DNA of 47,136 bases. Origin: Bigelowiella natans CCMP2755 (lineage: Eukaryota; Protista; Cercozoa). The notes beneath the pieces are model-generated. The model was given only the letters and a program-made list of their open reading frames with translations, was not told the DNA's origin and ran no database searches. The DNA lies in the NCBI GenBank assembly GCA_000320545.1, contig ADNK01002980.1:1-47136 (forward strand), in the 5' to 3' direction. Shown in pieces: positions 1-13,853 of the stretch (its first letter is position 1; each line of letters begins with the position of its first letter). Made by a program: the position numbers and the translations under genes.

Positions 1-1571
1 CGAGCCGCAGGACGGATTTTTCCCCCCAAAATCAAAAGATAACCTGAAGAATTCACATTTTTAAGCCCATGTGCACTCTGACGGCAAGGGCTCGCGCGCG
101 GGCACACACACAAACACAAACACACACACGCCTGTTAATAATAATTACCTTGGTAAATTTTCCGAATCGGCTTGAGTTGTTGTTGCGCAGGGTCTTTGCA
201 TTGCCAAACCCCTGGAGAATACAGGAATGAATGAGGGGGTGAGGATTACGATGATGATGATGACAATGAGAATTTAAGTCCCTAAAATTTCCAGTTATTT
301 TTTTTGGTAGGAGTATACTTTGTACATGTTAAAGGGAGAGGGGGGGGGGGGGGGGGAACAGCAGATGACATAATACCTCTAGAATAGGTTCAGCTTGTAG
401 CAGTCGTTCCTCGATCGATGCTGCCGCTGCCGCTTTTGTCTATATGAGCAATATTTATTTAATTTCAAATAAATGGAGAGAAAGGGAGAGAGAGAGAGAG
501 GGAAGGTGGGGGAGGGGGAGGTATTACTAAACAATTTCAACATACTTATTACCTCATCATTTATTGTAGAGGATTCTTCTATCTCATCGTCATCCCATCG
601 TATCTCCGACGAGGACGATGATGACATGAACGCAAGGTAACGAATCAGGAGCTTTGATGCCTTTTATGCAGGAAAATAATAATGGCAATAATGCCGATGA
701 TCAGCTCAATGATAACGTCGGAATATGGTGATGATGATGATGGTGGAGACAACGAGATGTCATAGGTAAGCATGAGACAAAATGCAGCAGCAAACAGCTG
801 CAATAGGAAATTTTTCCTACCTCTGTTTTCCCTGCTCCGCTTTCACCGCTCACGAGAATCGTTTGGGGCTTGTGTTCGAAATCACAAATTCGCCTTTTTT
901 AACAGCACAAATATACGTGGTATCAGAAATCTAGCAGCTTGTTTGCAGGCTCGCTGATAGTTAACGCCGTTGGTAAACTCTGCAAACACGTATGTGGTAC
1001 CTGTACGCATCGCGACTGATGGCAAAGATATGGGGAGGCAACCCTTCCTCCTCTTCATGAGATCGGCTGTGGTGGTATTCTTTCAACCTGATATATACGC
1101 GCGCGCGCGCGCACACACACACACATGATACAGCAACTACGGGATGCAATTCAGAAACTCTCTCCGAAGGAAAACTGGCGCTACCTTTCCTCCGTGTATA
1201 GCCCAAGTTCCTTAAACGGGTTTAGCGATATCAATACGTCGCCGACGGATGTATAGATGGACCCACGATTGAAACGACGCTTCACATTCTGAGGATTACG
1301 CACAACGAAGGCGAAAGGAGACGTCGAGGAATTACGTCATGAAGAACTGCCACAGGGACACTAGGAGAAGACATATTTTCGATAGACATATCTTTTATGT
1401 TTTTTGTGGATAGATTCTTTTTGGAATAGTATTTACAATGTGCGTGTGTATGTGTGTGTGTTTGTGTGTGCGTGTCCTAGAACGACCTGGAGGACTGTCT
1501 TTTGGTCCATGTCCTTCATGTGCACCATGTCCCCATAGTCATCCTCCTTATCATCACCCCCATGACCGCTC
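1..1571 (-). CDS. Myosin heavy chain, 5' part of motor domain (multi-exon; runs off the left edge; start codon not located, possibly up to ~1.8 kb)
   Basis: Spliced minus-strand exons give DYGDMVHMKDMDQKTVLQ (1487-1571), NVKRRFNRGSIYTSVGDVLISLNPFKELGLY, PPHIFAISRDAY, P-loop QTILVSGESGAGKTE (821-893), ASKLLIRYLA, SIEERLLQAEPILE and switch-1 GFGNAKTLRNNNSSRFGKF (149-211). These are canonical myosin motifs in the correct order with GT-AG borders. Confidence 0.95.
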
Positions 1572-1614
1572 CTGATCATATGTGTACGAGATTGTGGTCG
1601 CATGTGAACATATG

Positions 1615-1652
<38 letters not shown>

Positions 1653-2883
1653 ATCACTGATTGTTGTGGCAACCCTTGCAAGAGTCGCGGCGTGCTAAGC
1701 ATTCGAGGAGTGCTGAGCAGCGGAATGCTGGATGGGATGCTGGACAAAGAATCGTTTCCGATGTAAGCGCCAGTCCTCCGCCGCTAAAAAAGTTCGAGCC
1801 TCATGGAAGCTGAGAGATGTATGTAAAAGGAGAAATTAGGGCTTCAAAAATAATAATAATAATAGCACTCCAATTCTTGATAAAACTGAAGCTGTTATCT
1901 GTATACTATAAAATCGTTAGTATACTTATTCTCTCCTCTTCACCCTGAATTTCCATTTACTTCTTATCTTGTGGGCGTTCTATATCTTCCTCCCTCCTTT
2001 CTATCTCTACATCTCTCATCCCTTCAGATTCAACGTGGTGTCTGAACTCGGGACAACTTCATACAGAATTTGAGAAAAAGTGGCTAGCTCTATAAACACT
2101 ATTATTTCCATCTCTCGGCTTCCGTCCTCTCTCTTCCCGACAACCATCTTCCCATAGACCCAAACCCTATTCCCACCTCCCTCTGTGCCTCACAAAGCCG
2201 ATTTGCAGAATTCAGGCGTAGGAGGCAGAATAGAAATTTAAGATATTGAAGAATATAGCTCATTTTGTTTCGGCGTCATAAAATTCTAGTTAGTTTTAGG
2301 TTTTAGGGTTCTATCAGCGGATCGTTATCGAAAACGCCCTAGGTAACAAGTAAGACTATTTCCTGCAAGAATTGGTCTCTAAGAGCATACGAGAATTGTA
2401 AATTTATTCAGAAAATCTTTAGTATAAGGTCGTACTATGAAATCGAAGGTATTCTCGGATTGTTCGACAGGTTGGGAGAGATCTGATTCTTATTTCTTGT
2501 CTTCCGATCGATCTGCACAGAACGTTTCCGATCGAAGACGATCAGGGGAGATTTCAAAAGCTGCGACAACATCGATCACTAATGGTCACAAAAATGAAGA
2601 ATCTTTTGCACACTAAATTTTTACCTTGAGGAGAGGAAGGAAAACGAAGGGGTTATTTCGTAGAACGTAATCGTGTATTGCACACAAAGAGATTGCTCGA
2701 GATCTCTCGTGGATATTTCGGCAACAAACATCGCAACACACAGCGCACGCGTAAAAAAATCTGCTGGTGAAAACCGCAGGTCGACTGTGAGCTTCTAAGC
2801 ACTATTCGAGGCTCCAACTAGAAAGTTTGCTGTATGTGACAAGACGCAAGAGGGAAAAGGCAAGCGTTCCTATCTGAAATGCT

Positions 2884-4057
2884 ATGTCCCGACGATTTTC
2901 CGAAAGCTACGAGGGAGGAGGAGGAGGAAGACACCCCATCACAATAAGAACAGAAGACGAAAGTGAATACTACAGCCCCCTCATCACCAGTTTAGTTACT
3001 CCCTACACATTGCCTCCGCCTAGAGACAAAAGAAACACGGAGAAAGATTGTGCGAGAGAAGGTAGCATCCCAAACCACCTTTCAACAGAACAAAACATTG
3101 AGCTTGAGCGACTGATTAGTGGGTAGCTGAGATGAGAATGAAAGGAGAACCGTGAGAAGAAGAGCTTTTTAAAAGGGAAAGTAGCTACATTTCTATAAGA
3201 AGAACATACCTGTGAGTTGAGCGTTGCAAGAGGGCACTTAGCATTCATACGGCTTCATGTTCTTTTTTCAACTGAAAGATCGGAAACTTATCTAGCAAAT
3301 TCAAGAAACTTAGGACATTAATCTATCATAAATTTCCTAGATGCCAAGACACAGCGAAGATATACATTCGCCGATTCCGTGTCCCTTCCTGGAAAGAGAA
3401 ACGTTGAACACAACAACGGGCAAGGTGTCTAATAAAAGATATTAGTCCTCTTTCTATCGACAGAGGCGAGATAAATCAATGTGAAATAGTTGACTAATGT
3501 TCCCCATCATCATCCTCACCGTTTTTAGGTGCAGATCATGCGCTGTGCTGAACTGCTTAATCTGATGAGTGGGCGAGACCTCATTCTGGTGGATACAAGA
3601 TCTGGTGCAGGTGGGTTCAAATTAGCGACGGTTTTAGTAAATAGTAGGAGAATAAAGATACTACTACTGGCAAGTGGCAGTTTTATTATTCTTTCTTCTG
3701 CTCCTCTTCCACTGGATGTAGCAATGGTAGTATTTGAAGTGATGTTTGAAGCGGTATTGATTCTTGATTCTTACGCAGAATTCAAAGAGGGGAAATTAAT
3801 GAGGGCGATAAACGTCCCAGTCACCCAAGAGTTTGTTGATAAGGTGGTAGAATATGAATTGTGAATGTGGCGGTTGCAGTGGTGGTGTTGTGGTGCTTTG
3901 CGTTCGTTGGTTGCCGTAGGGTTTGCTATTTTCTATTGCAATCCGATTGCGAATAAGGAAATCTAATCAAATCTGGTGTAATCCAGATTCCCACTGCAAA
4001 GGAGATGCTGAAGACTATACGTGGGGCGGTACCACACAAAGCGCACGCACGATCACA

Positions 4058-4114
<57 letters not shown>

Positions 4115-6046
4115 AGAGAGAGAAGGTGGCCACTGGCTTGCGTTGAACATGACATGATGTCCACATTAGGGAAAGTTTCAACTAAATGCAAGAACAAGGG
4201 CCGGAAAAAAAACTGTGATCGTCAGTGCTGATGGCAAAACAGGCGAAAAGGTATTTCTTTTAAATGTTGCTTGTAGGAGAGAACCTATTTTATGGCAAAT
4301 ATCCCAAAGCCTTTCATGATCGGAAAGTTTCGGCCAAGTGCGGCAAACGATTTTGTGCATGTTGTTTTTATTTCTCGAGCCTGCATACACATACTTCTCC
4401 GTTGCACATCCTTGAATTGATGACTTATCCATTTAGGATCCCGCTGGAGCCATGGCTGCTGTTCTAAATGATTCCAGTTCTTTGTGCGTCTTAAAGGGCG
4501 GTTTCAAAGCACTCGCTGCAAAGTATAAATTGAAATTATGGGGGCTTTCGAGTGGATACAGACCATTCATTATCACAGTATATAAGTTCAATTATCCAAT
4601 AACTTTTCAGGTTTCCGTTCATTGTAAACAAGTTGACTTTGCCATGGTTTCCCACCGTCCTTATCGAGGATTTCTTACTACTTGGTCTGAAGAAGTTCAC
4701 GTGACGTGTTGTTTTAGCCAGGACGAACCCATTAATCCCCCATTTCTTCGTTACAGGTTCCGAGGACGATGCAAAGCAGCTCAAGCATCTGGAAGCCTTA
4801 GGAATCACCCACATTCTTAACGTTTCATCGGGTGTTAAGAACTATTACCCTGATAAGTAAGAACTGAAGCGTTAAGTTGAGAGTTGGGTACGGTAGTGAT
4901 GATAGCGTAATCTAGAGGGTTTGTCAGTTTTTACAGTTAACATTTTTAGGAACGATCATGTAATTAATTGTCTCTTTGTCTCTATTTGTTATATTAGATT
5001 CGAGTATCATCAAATCAACCTACCAGATTCAATTGACTCGAACTTGAGCGAGCACTTTCAAAAGGTAGCCATGCAAATTTCGAAAATGTTTGATATTCTT
5101 TACTCTTCTATGACCCCTTTGTTCTTCCTTTTATACTTATCTTGCTCTGCATTGTTGAATCAACCACCAGGCATTCGATTTCTTAAAATCTTCTGATGGA
5201 GACAGCACAAAAAAAGTTCTTGTCCATTGCCACCAAGGAGTCTCAAGGTGGTATTTTCGTCCATCTAGATTGTTGCTGGATATATAAGGAGCAGACCAAA
5301 CAGCAATAGAGCTTCTGTGCAACAAGAATTAATGGACACACGCGCGCCCCTGCACATATACGCACATCAAGAAATATCTCATGAGTAGCTGCTTTCAAAT
5401 ATGTCTTGAATATTCCAGCTGAGTTGTCACTAATCGGTTTCATTTTTAGTATTTTCCCTTCACCCACCACCCAGTCTTCAACCTTTACCTTTGATAATTC
5501 ATCTAATCTCTCAGGTCTTCGACAGTGGTATTAGCCTACCTGATGTACACAAAGGTGAAGCATTTGGGGCAAGGGAACTGGGAAAAATCAGGGAAACCAT
5601 TGTCATATCCCTGAAGCATGTCTTTTTAGCACTGGACTTTAAAGGACACTTACACTTTCGCAAAGTCAAGTAGACCGCAAATACGCCCCAACCCTGGGTA
5701 CTAGATTTGATGTGCTTCTGTATTATCGTTGCGATCTGAAAACCGTATTCTGAAGGTTTTGGAGACAACTGGAAAAGTTTGAAGTTCAATTATTTGGGAA
5801 ATCGACTCTCAAAGATTGCGTGGATATCGAGGAAGAAGAGAAAGAATACAACGCCAAAAATGTTCGACAGTCTTTATAATATTCATTGTCTTAGCTGTAG
5901 CTGAATGCAACTTTATGTTTCAGAATAGAGAAGCTGAAATTGGAGAGGAAGATGAAGATGATGGAAGTGAAGTATCGCGCACCATAAGGACTAACGATGA
6001 TCCCGGAATGGCTCAGGATAAGTGTGACCTGTGTAACATAATCTAA
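2884..6046 (+). CDS. MAP-kinase-phosphatase-like dual-specificity phosphatase (rhodanese/CH2 domain + DSP domain), C-terminal CaaX-like motif
   Basis: Exons encode rhodanese-like LILVDTRS..EF..GKLMRAINVP and LCVLKGGFKALAAKY, then DSP motifs LLLGSEDDA, LGITHILNVS, LPDSIDSNLSEHF, catalytic VLVHCHQGVSRSSTVVLAYLM (~5218-5545) and RPQIRPNPGFWRQL. The last exon ends DKCDLCNII-TAA at 6046. The start at 2884 is the best candidate but unproven. Confidence 0.9.
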
Positions 6047-6638
6047 TTTTTACATCTCTACATTTCCAATGCATGGAACCAGTTATCTGATCCTGATATT
6101 CAGGGATGAAATGTTGAAAAATAACATATTTTACATAATTTAACTGGTCTACTTTGTGTTGTCAGACTACTGACATGAACCATGCAAACACAATGATGCC
6201 GGCGCATTGCTAGATTGCCTCTAATCGACGTCGCACAGTGATGATGATCCAGATGGCAATGCATACATCTAGACATGCGCTATTTTTCGCTGCGCGCTAC
6301 TACGTGACATGCTGCTGAATGCCTACGCTACTTGCTTGCATGCATTTGTACGTTCTATTTCTGCATGTTGTTGGTCACAATACACACAACAAGAGTGTAC
6401 ATTGCACATTATTCGAAATTCTCATGTGTCAATCCCGATGCGACCGAGTGCTACTGTGTATGTATAGCAGAATTTGTATGGCCATACACGCTGTGCTATG
6501 TGCTGCTGACCAAGCTAACAAGGCTTTTTATCTAGATTGATCTATGCTAGTTCAAAAAAATTGAAGAACACAATTGTAATGGCTTAAAATTCATTCCAGG
6601 TTTGAAGAGATCTTTTGTAGAAATACCATTCTCTGGGT

Positions 6639-7568
6639 CTAAAAACCTGAAATACGAACATCACAAAATTCACTTTTCCGCCAATCCGTGCATACGATTA
6701 TTGGATAGATATCGAATACCTTTCCCTTTGATAAAACACCTGCTGCGTAGGAGAAGCTACTGGGTGACGTGAGTAAATAGTCTGCAGTAACCATACTGTG
6801 GAAGGACGTCATCATACCGTCATCTCCCAGTAGTTGCAGCTCAACATCGTCATGTTTGGTAAGAATTTTGAAGTCCTCCGGGCTGCCCTCAGAAAACACA
6901 TGGAAGACATGGACCTCCCGGGGTTTCAGATAGTCTTTTCTTATCATCTCCAATCCTCTCTCGAAAGCAGACATCTTCACATACCTATTACCGTGGTTAG
7001 TTTCCTCATCGATATCTCCTCGGCGAATATGTACAGCAATTACAGTAGTGTTTTCGTCCCTGCCAAATGTTGACTGAAGGTTAAGAGTTTCAACTCCAGC
7101 ATCATACTTTTCCCGCAAGTAATTTCTCACGCAGGGAGTATAATAAGCTTCAGGGTCCTCATTCACCCAATGGAAATAACCATGCTTTTCTCGATCGCAT
7201 TTGGAGCAATTACCAGCCTTAAAGCCCATCAATATCTTTAATTGATCATTGTCCTGCGCATGAGCCACGTGCGATCCGGGGGTATGACAGTATGTAATTC
7301 TATTTTTCGCAGCAAATGCAACAGCGGTCATAAATAACGTATAATGAGCTCCGAATCCATCTTTTGCAGGCGGCCCTGTCAGGCAATGCTTTACTGGATC
7401 TTCGAACTCCTTCTCCATATGAAATTTCCCATCAGTCGTCGATTTGACTAGATTGCAACCCTTACTGCTGCTCCCGTTGCCATACACTAGTTCCCTGCGA
7501 TGTGGGGTGTTATGAATGACCCCTTCCACGTGGCAGAGGATGAAGGCAAAGAGAACACCAGCAGCCAT
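6639..7568 (-). CDS. Fucosyltransferase-like glycosyltransferase (GT11/GT23-type motifs), intronless, 309 aa
   Basis: N-terminal hydrophobic segment (MAAGVLFAFILCHV), motif I VIAVHIRRGD, motif II FHVFSE and motif III FHSMVTADYLLTSPSSFSYAAG, typical of GDP-fucose-using alpha-1,2/1,6-fucosyltransferases. Confidence 0.75.
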   Translation of the reverse strand: MAAGVLFAFILCHVEGVIHNTPHRRELVYGNGSSSKGCNLVKSTTDGKFHMEKEFEDPVKHCLTGPPAKDGFGAHYTLFMTAVAFAAKNRITYCHTPGSHVAHAQDNDQLKILMGFKAGNCSKCDREKHGYFHWVNEDPEAYYTPCVRNYLREKYDAGVETLNLQSTFGRDENTTVIAVHIRRGDIDEETNHGNRYVKMSAFERGLEMIRKDYLKPREVHVFHVFSEGSPEDFKILTKHDDVELQLLGDDGMMTSFHSMVTADYLLTSPSSFSYAAGVLSKGKVFDIYPIIVCTDWRKSEFCDVRISGF

Positions 7569-7985
7569 TTTAGGGGGTGGAAAGAATTGGAAATACTAAC
7601 GCCATCCCTTGCATGGACCGGAATCGAATCAAAACCCTGCGATTTATATCCTGCGTCAAAGTAAAACTTGAGAAATACGCCAGCAGCAACTTGAAGAAAT
7701 CCCCAGACTTCATATTTTCCCAGGAGTTCTTTCTGCAGCAGGCCACTTACCTTTTTGGTCCGGGGAAACAGTGATGCGACAAGAAAGAACAAGCGGCTCA
7801 TGTAAGGATCGCAAAACGATGGGCGAAAGTGGTCTGAGACAGGGCTAAAATTCGTTTTTACAACGGACATCGCAACGCAACAAAGACAGACCTCCCACAC
7901 CTCCTGGAGCTGGAGCAAATGCCTTCCCGCCACCATAGCCAGCCTTCGTAGCAACGTGCATGCTTTTCCACGACTCTCTGTCAAC

Positions 7986-8543
7986 ATGAAAATACAAGGG
8001 GGGGACTTCGATAGGAACAGTGATGTTGGTGCCCCCCCTGGCCATTGTGAAAAGCGCTTTGTTGCACTCTTCTTGCTGGTCGTCACGCTCGGTTGTCACG
8101 TCGTCTTTGAGGTTGAATGCACGCTTAACTAATGCTTGCTAGAGCACACGCAGCATTGATCTGAAGTTTAACACCAAAATGATTGACTTCCGCGTGCCTG
8201 ACGTGCATTGTTAGAAGGATGGTAGGAGATACGGGAGAGCGACAGTCTCATCGGGCCTGCTGGACAAAGGCGAGCAGCGACAGCGACATTCCGCTCGAGA
8301 ATCCCTAGATCTGAGCGCGTTACCGCATGATACGAAGCATCTTGATCTTTCTCTCCATGGACTTCGCTCTCTGAAAGTGGGTGGCTTTGCACACCTTTCG
8401 TCTCTGAAACGCCTCAACCTCAGACAAAACCAGCTGAAGAGTGTTCCCAGTGGCGCCTTCGAGGGGCTGCAGCACTTGCATAGACTGGATCTCTCCGTGA
8501 ATCGCATATCCAAACGTACCTTTACATATATATGAAATGTAGG

Positions 8544-8594
<51 letters not shown>

Positions 8595-9150
8595 AAGGTT
8601 GGGAGGGGAGTGAGAACAATGATGATGGGGCTCAGAGAAGATGAATTCGCTCTTTGTTTACAGTTACCACTGGATTTGTAAGTTGCTTACATCGACTGCG
8701 CGAACTACGCCTGGATCGTAACCTCATCGCCAGTATTCCGGTCGGCGGATTGGTACTATCTCTATATCGCAACTCGCTACTACTCGATACTGCTCCTCAC
8801 TACTGCTACACAAACTACTACTACTACAACCATAATACTACTTCTCTATCACTGCTACGTCATTCCGCCATTTGTTCTATAGCTAATACACCGCCAATGT
8901 ACAAAGACAAATGCCATGCACGTTTTCATGACCGGTCTATTTCCTCTCGCTGGCTGAAAATAGGTGGGACAGTCGCAATTGATGCGCTTGAATCTATCGG
9001 ATAACCGACTAGACATGCTTCAACTCGAAATGCTTAAGCAGAACTGCCGATTGGAGCATATCGATCTTAGCATTAACTCCCTTGCAGAGCTGCCGTGCGA
9101 CCTATTCGAGTATGCGCCAGAATTGAGGTATGATGATGGCGCCGTGGTTG

Positions 9151-9204
<54 letters not shown>

Positions 9205-10425
9205 CGGGGGGGGGGGGGGAGGGAAGGGAGAGAGCATCACATGCATTGTTTCACTTCGTATGCACCACGCAGGGTCTTGAAGCTGGACTTCAATGTCCTC
9301 CAGGAGCTAGATGTGGAGCAGTTTGCAAACAACCCCAAGCTACGCAACCTGTCGCTGAGCAATAACCGGCTCTCCCATGCCTCCATAAAGTCCCCCATCT
9401 TTGATAGTCTCACTGAGCTCAGGTCTTTGGACTTGAGCAGAAATATGATACATCACCTGGACCGTGCGCTGGTAATTGCCCTCTCCGTTCTCCTCGTCCT
9501 ACCCCTCCTTCCGCGTACACGTTGCCCTCTTTCACTTGGCTTATCCCTCCCTCTCCCTCGCTCCCCTTTCTCTCCCTCCCTCGCTTTTCTGATTGGCTAA
9601 TAATGAAGATTCGGTCATGCCGTGATCTGGAGGAGCTGAGCCTGAACGACAACTTGATTGCCACCATTCCCGACTCCCTCTTCGACTTCCTCCCCAAGTG
9701 TCGTCGTATAAACCTCGCCAACAACCGAATCTCCTCGCTGGATGAGCGCGCATTTTGGGGCTGTGGGGCCATACGGATGCTGTCGCTGCAGGGTAACGAC
9801 CTAAGCTCGCTTGCGGAGCGTGTGTTCTACTTCAGTGGGAAGCTGGTTTGGCTGCGATTATCCTTCAACTGCATCAGCGCGCTACCGGGAGCCATCTTCT
9901 CAATGTGAGTCGGCTGCTGCGTGCTGAGTGGGGGAGGGGAAGGGGGGGGGGGGGAGAGGGCATTAGTGAGAACAATAGGTATATATGAATTATGCATGAC
10001 GCCGTGGTTGTTATTCTCTTGATGATGGTACGTTAAGCACCGTTTGATGAGTTATAATGATGGATCTTAGGAATTCGAAGCTGCGGTACCTCAGCCTGCA
10101 GCGCAACCACCTATCGAGCTTGAACACCACGCTATTCAGCAGCCTCAACAACCTGGAGACCCTCGTTCTCTCCGAAAACGCCCTGCAGGGACATCTCCCT
10201 CCGCACCTGCTCAGGCCGCTTGTAAAGCTGAAAACCTTACGACTAGAAGGAAACCAGTTGCAAAGTAATGTTGAAGTAGTAGTGGTAGTACTGGACTAGA
10301 AGCAGCCGCTCTTATCAGAGTAGTGCACGGCTACTGCTGCTGCTGCTGCGGCACTGGATATAGTGTATGAGGCGGCAATACTCGCCTAACCCTCCACTCT
10401 TTATTTGATCTTAACAAGCGCACCA

Positions 10426-10468
<43 letters not shown>

Positions 10469-12918
10469 TGAATAACTCTCAACCGCCTTATTGTTGCTGC
10501 ATCGCATCGATGATCAGACCTGCCCCCCCCCTTCTTCGAGTCCAACCGGGAGCTGAGGCACCTCGCGCTGGACAAGAACTTCCTGACGGAGCTCGACCTG
10601 GCGCTCTTCGTCGGGCTACAGCGGCTGCGCTCCCTGTCGCTGTCTGAAAACCTCCTGGAGCGCATACCGCCGAACGTCTTCGACGATCTCGTAGGCCTGG
10701 AGCACCTCAGCCTCTTCGACAACAAAATCACCAGGATATCGCCGCGCGCGTTCAAGTTTTGCGCGCGCCTCGAGTTCCTGAGTCTGCACGCCAACCAGGT
10801 GCGATTGTGGTATACCCGCTGTTTATGCCCTGCATGGATGATGGGTGTGCGAACGGTCATTATTACATGTTATAAATGCTAGAGGTTGAAGGGTAAGGCC
10901 CCCACACACACAATAAATAAATGTATAGTAGCAGTCTTAATGCTCGTCTATCTTAACTTGTTGGCCTCGTTTGTAACGTTGTTGTCCTCCTCCTTTCCGG
11001 CCATCCAAATGTGCTAGATCGAGAAGCTGCCGGCCTTCGCATTTGACCCGCTCTCCGCCCTCACTCACCTGCACCTTTCCCAAAACAAAATCAAGCTGCT
11101 GCAGCAGAGCACGTAACCGACAATGCACATCGCATTAGGGATGGGGAGAGCAGCGAAAAGAAAATAATATGAAATAAAATGATGCCGCTTTACATGATGT
11201 GCAGTTGGATTTTATGAGCGCTCATCTCTCCTTCTGCAGTCAACACTTATGCATGTAGGGAAGGGGGGATCACGACTAGCTACTATTATATAATCCAGCT
11301 CTCTTCATGCTAAGTTGTTGCCGCGTCTTGTGTTGTTCTGGTAAGGTTTCGTAAGCTCGAGAAACTGGAGACGCTCAATCTTGACGACAACGAGATCGAG
11401 GACGCCTCGGAGGGCGTTTTCAACAACCAGAAAAACCTAAAGTAGTAACGTCTGTCTGTAGTCCGCCCCCTGATTCTATCCTCCTTTTCCTCTCCCATTC
11501 GTCACGATCCCGGGAGAGATAAGTTGTGGGGCAGCAACAACGACAACAACATCATCATCAACAACAAATAACGTTAATAAAAACAATAGAGCTATGGATT
11601 ATCCCGGAAGTATAGGTTAGAACGCGATCCGCCCAATGCCATCGCCGAGTAGATATCAACGACGTTCTGCGATGACGTCGTCGCGTTGTGGTGGGCAGGG
11701 AACACACAAAAAGAAAACACAGAAGTCTCGCCCTCGATCGCCTCTTTGAGAGCCACCCCTTTGCTCTGCTGCAGGTACCTCTCGTTTTCGGGGAACAAGC
11801 TGGCTGATATTTACCCCGGATACTTCGAGCCGCTGACGAAGCTCGAGTACCTCGATCTCTCCCACAACTGCATCAAATCTATCAAGCCGTACAGCTTCGA
11901 CAACTTGCGCGGCCTAAAGGCTCTTTACTTGCATGGGAATCCGATTGTAAGGTAGGTAGAGAGCGTGGTGTACTACTACTACTGCTACTACTACTACTAC
12001 TAATACTGCTAGCACTACTACTACCACACGGCGGGTTGTAGCAGCTAGGAGCGCTGGAAGCTTAGATAGAGGGGATGAGAAACGAAATGAAGCATGTGAA
12101 TATATGCATATAAATATATACACACGGAGTCTCGAATTTGATTATAAAGGGTTGGGAAACCAGTGGGGTTTGGCCCTGCTTCGTGGCACGATGATGACAG
12201 GGAATTGTTGTTGACAGATATGATGAAGAGAGCGATGGAAGTCTGCGGTTCTTCCACCTCAAGTCCTCCCTCTTTGCACGTCTTCCAGGCGATTGCGAGG
12301 TCTCTTCTCCACTCGGAGCTGCTGATGACGATGATGATGATCATGATCATGATATCGTGTCTGTTCATGCTTTGGAGTTATTTCTGCCCTCTTCATCATC
12401 ATCATCGTCATTATCATTATCATCGTCATCATCGTCATCGTCGTCATCATAGTTGATTTAAGATTTATTTTGGTGTCGTTAACCTTTGCCAGATCTCGAT
12501 CGACGACAAACGCGTTCTCTATGTAGCCGAGCTGCGACAGCTGCTAGAAACACAGGAGGTCACCGCACACCTCGCGAAACTGGCCATTGATGAGGGGAAA
12601 GGACGCGGTGCGGGGAATAAGGGGGGAGGGAAGGACGCTGGCGGTGCACTGGAGGAGCCGTTAGGAGAGGTTGTGGAAATCAGCGAGGATGAGCTCGTCA
12701 AAGATGATGAAGGGTGGGGAGAGGGAGGAGGAGGAGGAGGAGGAGGAGGAGGAGGGCGAAGAATGGACAAAAAAGGCGGACAATTAGACGAGGTCCATAT
12801 GGTAAGTAACCCGTTCCTACGCACTGAATATGAAATGATATTTGTTGTAAATGTTTGCTCTGCTGGGAGAGGGGTAGTAGTAGTAGTAGTAGCGGTAGTT
12901 GTAGTTGTTGTAGAAGTG

Positions 12919-12949
<31 letters not shown>

Positions 12950-13404
12950 CAGCGCTCTATGTGTTTGTTTGGTGACGACTGTTCTCTGATCCCTGCTTCG
13001 TGTGCTGCGGTATTATCAGCCAAACCCTCAAATCGCCCGAGCGGACATGCAGGACAGTCGAGACGAAGGACGGGCTCCAAACAGCGCTTCATCGTCGTCG
13101 TTGTCGTCGTCATCAGTGAGAAATCTGCGGGGGGGGGGGCGTGTTACGGGCAGCAGGCTCCAGCTATCACAGGTAGTAACAGTATATAGTAGTAGTAGCG
13201 ATGATAATAGTTTTTTTTAAGGAAAGTGGGTACTATCGTGCCGAAATGCTGGTGGTGGTGTATTTTGAAAAGACGATGGTCAGCTTTTAAAGCAAAGCAC
13301 ACTTTCTAGAGGATAATGCTGACTTTCGCTGTTGCGGGTCTCATCGTTACTTGTCGCGATATGCATGCTATTGTCAGTGCAATGACGTGCTAGTAGTAGT
13401 AACG

Positions 13405-13439
<35 letters not shown>

Positions 13440-13820
13440 CTGGCTTTTCAATCGATAAACACAATGGTGGCAGGGTCCCCCTCCCCCTTCTCCTTCAGAC
13501 GAGAAGAACATTGGAGGAGGTGGATGGCGTAACTTGTACGCGTCTGATGCGGAGGGCAGCGACGCCGAAAAGGTCGTTTCAGCGCATGTCGTTGCGTTGC
13601 TGGGCGACAAAGAAGAAGCAGAGAAAGAAAGATTCAGTGTCTTTACGCAGGAGCCCCTACTTCATGCTATATTGATATCGATATCGTGTGTGCTCACGTT
13701 TGTTGGGATTGTTGTTGTTGTTGTGCCTGTTGTTGTTGCTTTAGATGTTGCTCAATACGGAGGAGTTGGGCAATATTACGCGGCTTCGGCAAATTGCAAA
13801 AGAGGGTTTGGCGCATGATG

Positions 13821-13853
<33 letters not shown>

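Noticed and set aside
2161-2310. Telomere/telo-box-like AAACCCTA and TTTTAGG(G) words
   Set aside because: Only two or three short matches, compatible with chance.
7487-8086. 199-aa minus-strand ORF
   Set aside because: No domain. It spans the divergent promoter region and overlaps the starts of both flanking genes.
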